A stretch of 64,000 nt of DNA, from assembly GCA_003232915.1 (NCBI GenBank), contig QIKE01000106.1, positions 2,703 to 66,702 of the forward strand. Direction: 5' to 3'. Position numbers and translations under genes: made by a program. This document shows, one piece after another, positions 28,376 through 37,616 of the stretch; position 1 is the first letter of the stretch, and each line of letters opens with the position of its first letter. Under the pieces are notes generated by a model that worked only from the letters and a program-made list of their open reading frames with translations, did not search any database and was not told where the DNA came from. Origin of the DNA: Bacteroidota bacterium (lineage in GTDB: Bacteria > Bacteroidota > Bacteroidia > Bacteroidales > F082).

Positions 28376-31318
28376 TTATACTTCTTTCTTAACCACAATT
28401 TTATACTTTGCGGGATAGCTAATTATGTATTTTATTTTCTTCAAAAAATTTGTGCGCTTTTTAGGAATTTCCGTAATGATTTCATCAAGAGAATAAGTTT
28501 CAACACGATTTAAAACAACCATCGGTTCTACGTCGGTTGCTTGTTTATATGCTTCAAGGGCAACTTTATCGGCTTTCGTAATTTTTTGTGTAGCTTTAAT
28601 TATAAATAGTGCCATATGTACTTCGCTCAACAGATGCAAAGGATAAGAGTTATAGATAATGGAAGGTATTTCAAAGAAAATAAAATCATACGGAGAATTT
28701 ACTTTCCTAAGAAAATGCTTGTCAATTAACTGACTAATATCTTTCACATCAATAAAATTATTTTTTATAGAATATGAATATGAATAATTATAGTCTTCAT
28801 CTATAACCTCTTCGTTTTCTTTTTTGTAATTTAAATACAGGATTTTGTCGCCGATAGTTCTAAGACGGTTGATTATTTTTTGGGTTAAGAGCGTTTTTCC
28901 AGTTTGATTTTGAGTACTGAAAACCAATATTAAGTAAGGTTTTTCCGGTTTATCCTTAAGCTTTGAAAGGTATAGTTTAATGCTTTGTATGGTTATGTCG
29001 ACCAGTCTGTTACTAATAGAGGCAAGGGTTAAGGCCTGTCCTTTCGATTCGAGTGCAGGATAAGCTCCGGCGAGTTTCATACCTGTTTGTTCCACAACAC
29101 GACTCGGATTTTTTATTGAAGTATCGAAATATTCTAATACAACAATTATGAAGGCAATAATGATAAAACCGGCAAGGAAAGCTGCAATTACCATAATCTT
29201 TGCTTTGGACGGATTAGCTTGAATGGGAAAGTAAGGCGGATCAACAATTTTTATATTCGTTGACATCTCAAGGTTTTGCTGCTTCATTTTGGCATTGTTC
29301 AAACTTTTAAGCAATTCGAGATAAGTCTGTTCGGCCACTTTTATCTCGCGTTCTATACGGGTAAGCATAGCCCCGAGAGGAGCATACTTTTGATAAGTAC
29401 GGGTAAACTCAATTTTCCTTCGTGATAAAACATTAAGTGATGCTTTGGCTTCAACATAATCTATCGTATTCTTCAACCATGCGTCAAGCAAGTTTTTTAT
29501 TGGTACCCCTTGAGTGGAATGACCGTATAAATATAATTGATCGACATAAAGTTTAATTTCGCTTCTCAAATATTTTTGTCTCCTTTTCAGTTTGCTAAGG
29601 TCTTTGGCAACACGGTTGTTGTAGTTAGATGCGAGTTGGTTGATAAGTAATAGTTCCGAAACTTTAGCGAGTTCTTTTTTCCGTTGGTGAATTAAGTCGC
29701 TTTTGAGATAAATAGAGTCGCGAGCTGTCATCTTGGATTCTATTGCCTGTAAAGAGGCCGAAGCAGATGAAAGCTTTATTTGTTGATTCTGATAATAAAC
29801 ATCCAAACCTTCCTTTTGGGCTGCAATGGCTTTGCTTTGCTCGTAATAGTTGATAATATTGTTTTTTTCGTTAAATTTTAGTAATCTGTCTTCGGCTTCT
29901 TGTAAGCGTTTGTCTGCCGAATCAACTTGTGATTCGAAATATTTTGCCACAAGATCGGTTTCATTTACACGAAGTAATTTGTAATTTTTCATGAAAACGG
30001 TAGAAAGAATTTTTAATGTTTGCTGGCAAACTCCCGGATCGTCCGAGGTAAAGGTTAGTTTTACAAGGTCGCTATTAGTAATTCTATAAATTTGTACACG
30101 ACTAATGGCCAATATACTGTAATGCCTGCTTTGACCATAATGCAACAAGCCATAAATAAAATTTGTGTCGCTTGATGCATAAAAATTTTGTAGGTTTCTT
30201 ACTGTCTTTTCATAGTCTGATTTTTTTATTCCCGGTGGAAGTATAGGATCTTTAACAAAAACACCACCTTCGGTAGCTAAAGAAGGAAAAAGGGTATAGC
30301 TATTCGATTTAGTTTTCGGAATTTGTGGCAATTCACTGGAAAAATTTTGTGACACTTGTTTCACAGCAAGGTCGTACGAATTGTTATTTCTCAAATTACC
30401 CGAACTAATGATTATCCGTTGCCCCGCATTTAACGAGCGATTATTCAAGTTGTTCAACTCTCGAAGTTTACTGATGTTCACTCCATATCGCTTGGCAATG
30501 GAATAAAGGGTTTCGCCTGGTTTAACCGTATGGTATTTAAATGATGTTGCTTTTGACGATGACCCGTTGATACGTACGGTTTGGCCGGCACTTAATGTCT
30601 CCTCATCACTCATACCGTTCATTTGCAGTAGTTCGCCTCTCGAAAGCCCGTAACGTGAAGCTATTGAACTTACCGATTCTCCCGGCAATACGGTATGGTA
30701 ATTGTTAGAGGCGTTATCAGGCTTTGAAATGAGCGCTTCTTCTTTTGAGATGTCATTATTCAAACTTCTCTTTTTCTTATCATTACCGGCGGCCCCTCGT
30801 TGGTATGTTTGTGCTAACTCTCTGATGGCTTTGTTTTTCTTTTTGCTGATTTCCCTTTCAAGCGATTTAATCTCCTTTTCAAGATGATGGATTTGCTCTT
30901 CTTTTTTGCGCTGAACACCCGATTTGCCGTTTTTAACAACAAAGTCTTTTATCCGTTTGGGTATTTCACGTTGAAGTTTTTTGTAATTTTCGTTTGAAAT
31001 ATATTGTTTGTTAAACCCTTCAAGAGATAAATCTTGTGCTAAAAGACGAAGTGCAGTTTCTACAATGGTTTGACGTGAATTTAAAAGGTTAATCATATTG
31101 TCGAACTGTGCACTTGTACTGAAAAAATCTGTCGGACGCTGTGATGTTGATTCAATGGAATAACCTGTAGTGATACCGGTGTATATGATTGCTTCCGATT
31201 GGTAAACCTTTTCCTTATTTCTCGTGAAATAATAAACTAATATTGAAAGAAACAACGGTATTGTAAGCAACAAAACAATGTTTCTTTTAAAAAGTCTTAT
31301 GAAATATAGTAAATCCAT
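28376..31318 (-). CDS. Wzc/GumC-like polysaccharide copolymerase with two inserted LysM domains
   Basis: N-terminal Wzz-like TM, periplasmic coiled coils, IKIVDPPYFP+TM, cytoplasmic STQNQTGKT; LysM repeats at 30408-30700. Confidence 0.85.
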   Translation of the reverse strand: MDLLYFIRLFKRNIVLLLTIPLFLSILVYYFTRNKEKVYQSEAIIYTGITTGYSIESTSQRPTDFFSTSAQFDNMINLLNSRQTIVETALRLLAQDLSLEGFNKQYISNENYKKLQREIPKRIKDFVVKNGKSGVQRKKEEQIHHLEKEIKSLEREISKKKNKAIRELAQTYQRGAAGNDKKKRSLNNDISKEEALISKPDNASNNYHTVLPGESVSSIASRYGLSRGELLQMNGMSDEETLSAGQTVRINGSSSKATSFKYHTVKPGETLYSIAKRYGVNISKLRELNNLNNRSLNAGQRIIISSGNLRNNNSYDLAVKQVSQNFSSELPQIPKTKSNSYTLFPSLATEGGVFVKDPILPPGIKKSDYEKTVRNLQNFYASSDTNFIYGLLHYGQSRHYSILAISRVQIYRITNSDLVKLTFTSDDPGVCQQTLKILSTVFMKNYKLLRVNETDLVAKYFESQVDSADKRLQEAEDRLLKFNEKNNIINYYEQSKAIAAQKEGLDVYYQNQQIKLSSASASLQAIESKMTARDSIYLKSDLIHQRKKELAKVSELLLINQLASNYNNRVAKDLSKLKRRQKYLRSEIKLYVDQLYLYGHSTQGVPIKNLLDAWLKNTIDYVEAKASLNVLSRRKIEFTRTYQKYAPLGAMLTRIEREIKVAEQTYLELLKSLNNAKMKQQNLEMSTNIKIVDPPYFPIQANPSKAKIMVIAAFLAGFIIIAFIIVVLEYFDTSIKNPSRVVEQTGMKLAGAYPALESKGQALTLASISNRLVDITIQSIKLYLSKLKDKPEKPYLILVFSTQNQTGKTLLTQKIINRLRTIGDKILYLNYKKENEEVIDEDYNYSYSYSIKNNFIDVKDISQLIDKHFLRKVNSPYDFIFFEIPSIIYNSYPLHLLSEVHMALFIIKATQKITKADKVALEAYKQATDVEPMVVLNRVETYSLDEIITEIPKKRTNFLKKIKYIISYPAKYKIVVKKEV

Positions 31319-31336
31319 TCAGATTAGGTTTTATTA

Positions 31337-32122
31337 TTAACGCATAATGTTTATCAGGTTAAACTTCATTCCTGTTGTAACTTCAAGTAATTGATAATTT
31401 TTATTGAATTCCGCAATGGCTTGCTCAAGATCAACTGCTCCCCTAACTTGATATTCTTTAAGACGAGTATATTCGGCAGTGGAAATTTCACCATTTAGAA
31501 ATTCGTTCTGTGCCATTTGCATTTGTAACATAGTAAAATTCTGATAATCAATATAAATTTTAATGTAATGCTGATATTGTTGAAGATCGTTATAAATTGT
31601 AATCACCTCTTTTTCCAAATAGCGCTTATTGATTTCTTTTTGTGCTAATGATAATTCTTGCCACTTTTTTTGTTTGTTGATTTTATTACGCGTATCAAAA
31701 AGAGTAAGCAATGGGAAACGCATATATAAACCAATGGCATAATTGTCGCGAATAGATTGAGTTAAATAAAACCTGTCTTTTCGAGATTGCTCATCTTTGT
31801 CCCAATAGTTCCATTTCCCTATATTCACATCAAAGTTAACACTAAAATACTCAAGCCATGCTCTTTGTTCGGTTAGCTGTTCGTAATAATAATAATCACG
31901 CTTCAAATTTTGATACATTATAGAAGGCGAATTGTAGATAGCTGAATCAATGAGTACTTGTAATGGGGGCAATCGTTCGGTAATGTTATCAGTAAGCGGA
32001 TTGAAAAACCTCGAACTATCAACTTGCCTTTGAACCTGGGCTTCTGTTTTTGCTGAAACTGTCAGTAAAAAAAAGGCAAAACTAATTAATTTAATTACTG
32101 ATTTATAATATCTCTTGCTCAT
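31337..32122 (-). CDS. Short TolC/outer-membrane efflux-like protein
   Basis: Signal peptide; LIDSAIYNSP, MRFPL..LFD, VITIYNDL, F.NGEIS..EY, LEVTTGM resemble a single OEP repeat. Confidence 0.7.
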   Translation of the reverse strand: MSKRYYKSVIKLISFAFFLLTVSAKTEAQVQRQVDSSRFFNPLTDNITERLPPLQVLIDSAIYNSPSIMYQNLKRDYYYYEQLTEQRAWLEYFSVNFDVNIGKWNYWDKDEQSRKDRFYLTQSIRDNYAIGLYMRFPLLTLFDTRNKINKQKKWQELSLAQKEINKRYLEKEVITIYNDLQQYQHYIKIYIDYQNFTMLQMQMAQNEFLNGEISTAEYTRLKEYQVRGAVDLEQAIAEFNKNYQLLEVTTGMKFNLINIMR

Positions 32123-32232
32123 CGTTTATTCGCTATTTTTGTCTTTCCAATATTTGGTGAAAAGTAAAAAATTATTTTTTCGCTTTTATTCTCTTGTAAA
32201 ATAGTTATTAATAATTTTTTAACAACACATAT

Positions 32233-33432
32233 TCATACGTTTTCTTTTTGAAACAATGCAGGTATGGTCCTTAATATCAGCTTAATATCTTCCCAAAAGG
32301 AATAATTTTGCGCATAGTAATTATCCAATCTCTTCCGTTCTTCTTCCGACATTACTCCTCCTTTGCCTCTCAATTCCACCTGCCACAGACCTGTAATACC
32401 TGCTGGACCAAGAAAACGTGCACTCCAATCGTCGGAAGTTAACAACTCGGCTTCGTATAATGGCAAGGGTCTGTTTCCAACAATCGACATATCGCCTTTT
32501 AATACATTAATGAGTTGTGGTAGTTCGTCGATACTTGTGTTTCGTATAATTTTTCCCACCTTCGTAATGCGTGGATCATCTTTGATTTTAATAAAAGTGA
32601 AGTTATCTTTTTTCTTTAATTTCTTAAACCAATATTCGCAAATTTTTTGCCCGCCAATATATAAAAGAGGTGAACAATATTGTTTTTCGGATAATTTACT
32701 ACAACGTGGACAGGGTGGAAATTCAACGTCTTTTTTTGTTTCTTCCACCTTGCTATTAGCATACTGATTCATATGCCTAAGTTCTTTAAGTTTGGCATCG
32801 GCTCCGGTGTACATTGAGCGGAATTTTAAAAAGTCGAAAATGCCGTATCCTGTCCCAACCCGTCTCGACTTATAGATAAGCGGGCCTTTCGATTCGAGAC
32901 GAATAGCAATAGCCGCAATAATTAATAAAGGGGATAGAATAAAAAGAGCAGTGGCCGAAACCAATATATCGAAGAGCCTTTTAATAAGAGGTATTTTATA
33001 TTCCTGCCGCAGTTCCGACTCAATAGATTTTTCAGATAGTTCGGTTAAATAATATTTTAAAAATAGTATTCTTGATTCAAGATCATCGTTGTCAACCCGT
33101 AATTCATAGTAATCGTCAACAATTCCTTTTATTTTAAATATTTCTTGTTTCTCCTTATCGTTTTTTTCAGAGGAAACCATAATAAAGGGTATTTTCAAAA
33201 ATTCTTTTTTCCCTTTTATCAGTTTTGCCAGCTCGTGGCCGTTGATACCAGGCAAACGCACATCGCTGATAACAGCATCCACAGTACCCTCTTTGTTAAG
33301 AAAATCCATAGCTTTTAAGCCGTTTTCTCTTTGCTCAACCGAAAACTTTTTGTGTTGACGTAACTCTCCAAAAAACTCGTCATTATTGCCAACATACAAA
33401 ATTCTTAAAATGCTTTGATTCGAATTTTCCAT
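32233..33432 (-). CDS. Priming sugar transferase (WcaJ/PglC-like C-terminal domain) fused to an N-terminal receiver domain
   Basis: AVISDVRLPGING receiver; KRLFDI, KFRSM, DDPRITKVG..IR.TSIDELPQLINVLKGDMSIVGNRP, GITGLWQV. Confidence 0.93.
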   Translation of the reverse strand: MENSNQSILRILYVGNNDEFFGELRQHKKFSVEQRENGLKAMDFLNKEGTVDAVISDVRLPGINGHELAKLIKGKKEFLKIPFIMVSSEKNDKEKQEIFKIKGIVDDYYELRVDNDDLESRILFLKYYLTELSEKSIESELRQEYKIPLIKRLFDILVSATALFILSPLLIIAAIAIRLESKGPLIYKSRRVGTGYGIFDFLKFRSMYTGADAKLKELRHMNQYANSKVEETKKDVEFPPCPRCSKLSEKQYCSPLLYIGGQKICEYWFKKLKKKDNFTFIKIKDDPRITKVGKIIRNTSIDELPQLINVLKGDMSIVGNRPLPLYEAELLTSDDWSARFLGPAGITGLWQVELRGKGGVMSEEERKRLDNYYAQNYSFWEDIKLILRTIPALFQKENV

Positions 33433-33435
33433 ATA

Positions 33436-33813
33436 TTACTTACCGATTCGTTTTAAAATATTATTGATACGGATTGACAATTCCTCGGGATTAAAAGGTT
33501 TAACAATATAGTCGTCAGCGCCCATTTTCAGACATTTTACCCGTTCCTGACTACTTTCGATGCCCGAGAGCATAATTACCGGAATATGCTTGAAGAAACC
33601 ACTGGCCCGTACATTTTTAAGAAAATTATAACCGTCAATGTTGGGCATTTGTAAATCGGCAACAATCAAATCGGGCATCACTCCTTCTTCGAGATACTTT
33701 AGTCCTTCCTGCCCGTCTTTCTTTGTAACTACTTCATACTCTTTCCCAAGAAAGTTTTCCAACAGCAGCCTGATGCTTAATTCGTCATCTATTACAAGGA
33801 TTTTCTTTTTCAT
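33436..33813 (-). CDS. Single-domain response regulator
   Basis: VIDDE, IVADLQMP, MLSG, IVKPF; no output domain. Confidence 0.93.
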   Translation of the reverse strand: MKKKILVIDDELSIRLLLENFLGKEYEVVTKKDGQEGLKYLEEGVMPDLIVADLQMPNIDGYNFLKNVRASGFFKHIPVIMLSGIESSQERVKCLKMGADDYIVKPFNPEELSIRINNILKRIGK

Positions 33814-33862
33814 AAATTATAATTTGCACATAATTATTAACTCTATTTTTCATATTTCAAAA

Positions 33863-33870
33863 CAAAAATA
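33863..33870 (-). promoter_or_regulatory. Candidate Bacteroidota -7 promoter element for the polysaccharide operon
   Basis: TATTTTTG matches TAnnTTTG about 50 nt upstream of the first gene; no well-spaced -33 element seen. Confidence 0.4.
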
Positions 33871-33945
33871 GTGAATATATTACTATATATAAGACTTTTC
33901 AATGAAGTTATTTACATAAAAAAGTTAATAAGTATTTTTTTGTTC

Positions 33946-35127
33946 TTACCCACTCCTTTTTTCAATCCCCGTATGATTTGCTTTTTTTCGGATTAGAAAA
34001 ACGGCCGGTATAGAACCCAAGGATAGAAACGCTGATAATTTATACGTTAAATCCAATCCTAAAAGATCACCCAAAAAACCGGTAGCTAATACTGCCAATG
34101 CTCCCGTAATAAAATTGATTGTAGTAAAACTTGCATTCATTAGTGCCGGTTGATTCGAGCCTTGTTCCTGAACGAGCGCCAGTAATATAGGGGTGCTCGA
34201 ATAAAGCACAACACCAAGCAAAAGTAAAACAAAAAACTGCAGTGTTGTTCCCACATTTATAAACAAAAACATCAATATTGGCGACACGATTGCAACGCTT
34301 AATAATGTATTGAATCTTCCCCATTTATCGGAAATACTACCACCGATAAAGCTACCGAAAGCCCCGGCTATTTGCAAAATCGAAAGCGAAACGGCTCCTA
34401 TAAACAGGTTATTGCCTTTTTGCCCCATGTACACCGGTAGAAATGTTGATAGAGACGATTTCATTACTGCTCTGAAAACTAAAAACAGCGTGACTATAGC
34501 AAAAAAGCCTGAATATTTTTTTAAGGTCAATTGCCATTTGAATTCTTTATCATCGTTAATGGCAAGTTTTTCGAACGGTTTTTTTTCTATCACCAATGAA
34601 AGAATAAAAGTAGCGACGAATGCCGGTAGAATCAAACGCCATATACCTTCGAGTCCCCACAACGAAACAGCTCCTACAACGAGCAATGGGCCTAACATAC
34701 GCGCTGTTTCGCCACCAAGCATATAATAACTCATGCCTTTACCGATTCTACTTCCCGAATATTCTTTAATCATTACCGGAGCAGGTACGTGAAATATTGC
34801 CGAACTAATGCCAATAGTAAATAGAAATATTCCGAGAATAACAATATTGGGGGCCATTCCCATCATACTTCCTCCAAAAGCCGTTAGTAAAGGTGCACTT
34901 AAAATAATTATCCGCCATGGTAAACGGTGGGCAAATACCCCTACAATAATACTAAATAACGAAGGCAAACGCTGAATAAGGCTAAGCACGCTTGCTGCCG
35001 ATAAACTAATGCCGAATTTTTCGATTAATAACGGAAGCAAAGGTGGCAAAAACGACGAGTAAATATCATGTACAAAATGTGCCGACGAAATACTTAGTAC
35101 ACGTAACGGTTGGTATTGCTTGTTCAC
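33946..35127 (-). CDS. MFS transporter (FSR-like)
   Basis: AHFVHDIY..FLPPLLPLL, AIFHVPA, GGSISDKWGR; about 12 TM helices. Confidence 0.9.
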   Translation of the reverse strand: MNKQYQPLRVLSISSAHFVHDIYSSFLPPLLPLLIEKFGISLSAASVLSLIQRLPSLFSIIVGVFAHRLPWRIIILSAPLLTAFGGSMMGMAPNIVILGIFLFTIGISSAIFHVPAPVMIKEYSGSRIGKGMSYYMLGGETARMLGPLLVVGAVSLWGLEGIWRLILPAFVATFILSLVIEKKPFEKLAINDDKEFKWQLTLKKYSGFFAIVTLFLVFRAVMKSSLSTFLPVYMGQKGNNLFIGAVSLSILQIAGAFGSFIGGSISDKWGRFNTLLSVAIVSPILMFLFINVGTTLQFFVLLLLGVVLYSSTPILLALVQEQGSNQPALMNASFTTINFITGALAVLATGFLGDLLGLDLTYKLSAFLSLGSIPAVFLIRKKANHTGIEKRSG

Positions 35128-36263
35128 CGACCCGCAGTTTTAATGTTTGTCAAGAAAACGGGAAGGTTCTCCCAGCGAAATGGTTTGTTTAAAAAACCAT
35201 CCATTCCCGCTTCTATACATTTATTTTTACTATTGTTGTCGGCGTTGGCTGTAAGTGCAATAATCAGAGGAGATTTGGTATTTCCCATATATTTTTTGAG
35301 CCGGTTGATTTGTTTTGTGGCTTTTATCCCATCCATTACCGGCATCTGTATATCCATCAAAACCAAATCGTAATCAATATTCTTGCATTTCTCAATTGCT
35401 TCCTTGCCATCAGAAGCTACGTCAACCGAAAGCCCATGCTGTTGTAGTATCTTATAAGTTAACTTTTGGTTAATCAGGTTATCTTCAACTACTAACACTT
35501 TATTTATTATATTGTTACGCTCTTTATTGTCGATAGGTTTGCAGGGAATTTGTATTTTGAAACCATGTCTATTACTTCCATTGTAATTTGTCAAAATCCG
35601 ACCACCTGCTTTTTTAACTATTTTTTCAGCATATCGAAATACTAAGTCGTTATTCTTGCGATTTGTACTGTTTTCAATTCCCCCGATATTAATAATAATT
35701 TCGAGTAGGGATGGATTGTCCCTACTTTCACGAAAATCCATCAAAAACTCTATGCCTCCGTTTTCAGTGCGTTTTATGATGTCTTGTAGTAAAATTTCAA
35801 GTATTTGCAAAATGCCAAAATAATCACCTTTGACAGTCAGTGGAACATTATCGGTGATAGTGGCTTTGAAAAACAGGTATTTTGCTTTTTCCTGTTCTTT
35901 AAACCTTTTGGTAACTTCTTCGAGAAGAGAGTAAGGACTAAAACCTGTTTCATCCGATGTTGTGGTAAAATTACTATTCTGCACATCAAGAAGAATATCA
36001 ATTAAGTTTAAAAGTTGTTCACCCGAATTTTCAATAATATTTACCAAATGTAAGGCTTCATCGTTTATATTTTGGCTTTTTAACAAATTGACAGCACTAA
36101 GAAGCGCATTCAAGGGCGTTTTAAATTCGTGACCAAGATTAGATAAAAATATGCTCCTGTTGTCACCGCTTAGAGTGAAATCCTTGTTTTGTTTCAGACT
36201 TTTTTCTCGCGCTGAAATCAAAAGCTCTTTTTCTTGAGCCAAATGTATTTCCTTCAAATTCAT
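35124..36263 (-). CDS. Hybrid kinase-like protein: HisKA, degenerate HATPase, intact receiver
   Basis: GHEFKTPLN; N, D and G boxes missing; VVEDN, VLMDIQMP, ALTA, LNKPF. Confidence 0.8.
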   Translation of the reverse strand: MNLKEIHLAQEKELLISAREKSLKQNKDFTLSGDNRSIFLSNLGHEFKTPLNALLSAVNLLKSQNINDEALHLVNIIENSGEQLLNLIDILLDVQNSNFTTTSDETGFSPYSLLEEVTKRFKEQEKAKYLFFKATITDNVPLTVKGDYFGILQILEILLQDIIKRTENGGIEFLMDFRESRDNPSLLEIIINIGGIENSTNRKNNDLVFRYAEKIVKKAGGRILTNYNGSNRHGFKIQIPCKPIDNKERNNIINKVLVVEDNLINQKLTYKILQQHGLSVDVASDGKEAIEKCKNIDYDLVLMDIQMPVMDGIKATKQINRLKKYMGNTKSPLIIALTANADNNSKNKCIEAGMDGFLNKPFRWENLPVFLTNIKTAGR

Positions 36264-36587
36264 GCTGCTAATATATAACTTTCTCCGCCATTATCTTGAC
36301 AATCATTAATGAGTTGTTCACAGATAATTGTTAAAATAAAAAACCATCTTAAATTTTAAGCCACTAGTAATAATATTTTGAAATTCAATATAGTATATTT
36401 GATAATGCGAAGAACTGTAAGAAAATATTCTCAATTTTCGCAACGTTATTTTAACATAAGAATGTTTGAAAGTTGATTTTTTTTATTTTTGCAATATACG
36501 TTTTATGAGTTTAGTGCGTTTTTAGAAAACTTTGGCGGTGCAACTTTTGTCAAAGATATTGACTCTTTTTGTAAAAAAATTGAAAAC

Positions 36588-37442
36588 ATGATGATTAAAA
36601 AGGGAGTAATTATTTTGCTTTTATTTATACTGGCATTGTCAGCTTGTAAAAAAAACGATAAAAATTCTTATGTTGATTATAATACGCTGTTGTATGCTTC
36701 GTCTGATTATCTCAATGTTCAGCAAATGACCGTTCGCCTTTTAAATACATATTTTAAAATGGCAACTGATTCGGTATTGTATGCTGACGGATACAACCCC
36801 GATATTGATAAAGCGGCCTGTAACTATTTCAAAGATACTATCCTTGATACTGTTTACTATGAAATAATTTATGGAGATTGGGGAGTAATTGATCCTTATA
36901 GGCGCCGACGGGGTGGTAAAATAAAAGTTCATCTTGATGGCGATTTTGAAGACTCTTTGACAACGGCAAACTTTGAATTTTTAAATTTTCATTACGAGTT
37001 CGACACCTTGAAGGTATTGAGTTTTACGGTGCAAAATCTCGGTAAAACCGATGGACAAAATACTCTTTTCCATCTAAAAATAGACAATATGCAGTGGCAA
37101 ATTGATACTACGGGTGCAATACGCTGGAATTCCGACCAGTATTTTCTGCGAAAGAAAAGCGGTAATTCAATCTATTTTAACAATAACAATGCTTATTTGA
37201 TTACAGGCACTGTGGATGGCACTACCGCACGGGGGGAGGCATTTAGCGCTAATATTACCGATGGGGTGAGCCTTAAGGATATACAAAATTGTGCATGGCC
37301 GAAAGACGGTCCGGTGAGTTTTTCTATTGCTGATTTTAATAAAGCAGAGATTTATTTTCCTTCCGATACGCTTTGCGCCAATCAATGTTTGTTAACTCTT
37401 GACGGAAATAATTTTGTTTTACCGATTGAACACTTCAAATAA
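36588..37442 (+). CDS. Lipoprotein of unknown function
   Basis: ORF 36489-37442; likely start MMIKKG at 36588 with lipobox LSA-C; RRGGKIKV beta-rich body. Confidence 0.75.
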   Translation: MMIKKGVIILLLFILALSACKKNDKNSYVDYNTLLYASSDYLNVQQMTVRLLNTYFKMATDSVLYADGYNPDIDKAACNYFKDTILDTVYYEIIYGDWGVIDPYRRRRGGKIKVHLDGDFEDSLTTANFEFLNFHYEFDTLKVLSFTVQNLGKTDGQNTLFHLKIDNMQWQIDTTGAIRWNSDQYFLRKKSGNSIYFNNNNAYLITGTVDGTTARGEAFSANITDGVSLKDIQNCAWPKDGPVSFSIADFNKAEIYFPSDTLCANQCLLTLDGNNFVLPIEHFK

Positions 37443-37616
37443 TATAATAAGAATGATATGGCGATGGAATTATTTCATTGTGGGAGGATTTATAATCAAT
37501 TTTGAATAAAGATTGATGATGTTTTTGTACGGTTTATACTCATTACGCCCGCATATTATCAAGGAGCATATGTTGCTTCTTTCTTGTTTAACTTATTCGT
37601 TAATAACGGTTTAATA

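Noticed and set aside
33814-33945. Invertible promoter or ops/UpxY control typical of Bacteroides capsule loci
   Set aside because: No flanking inverted repeats, recombinase or NusG-paralog gene seen ahead of the operon.
36450-36477. Second XerD-like arm (TTATGTTAAAA on the minus strand), plus partial arms near 45291 and 52531
   Set aside because: No matching XerC arm at 6-bp spacing; expected by chance in AT-rich DNA, so no dif-cassette array is claimed.
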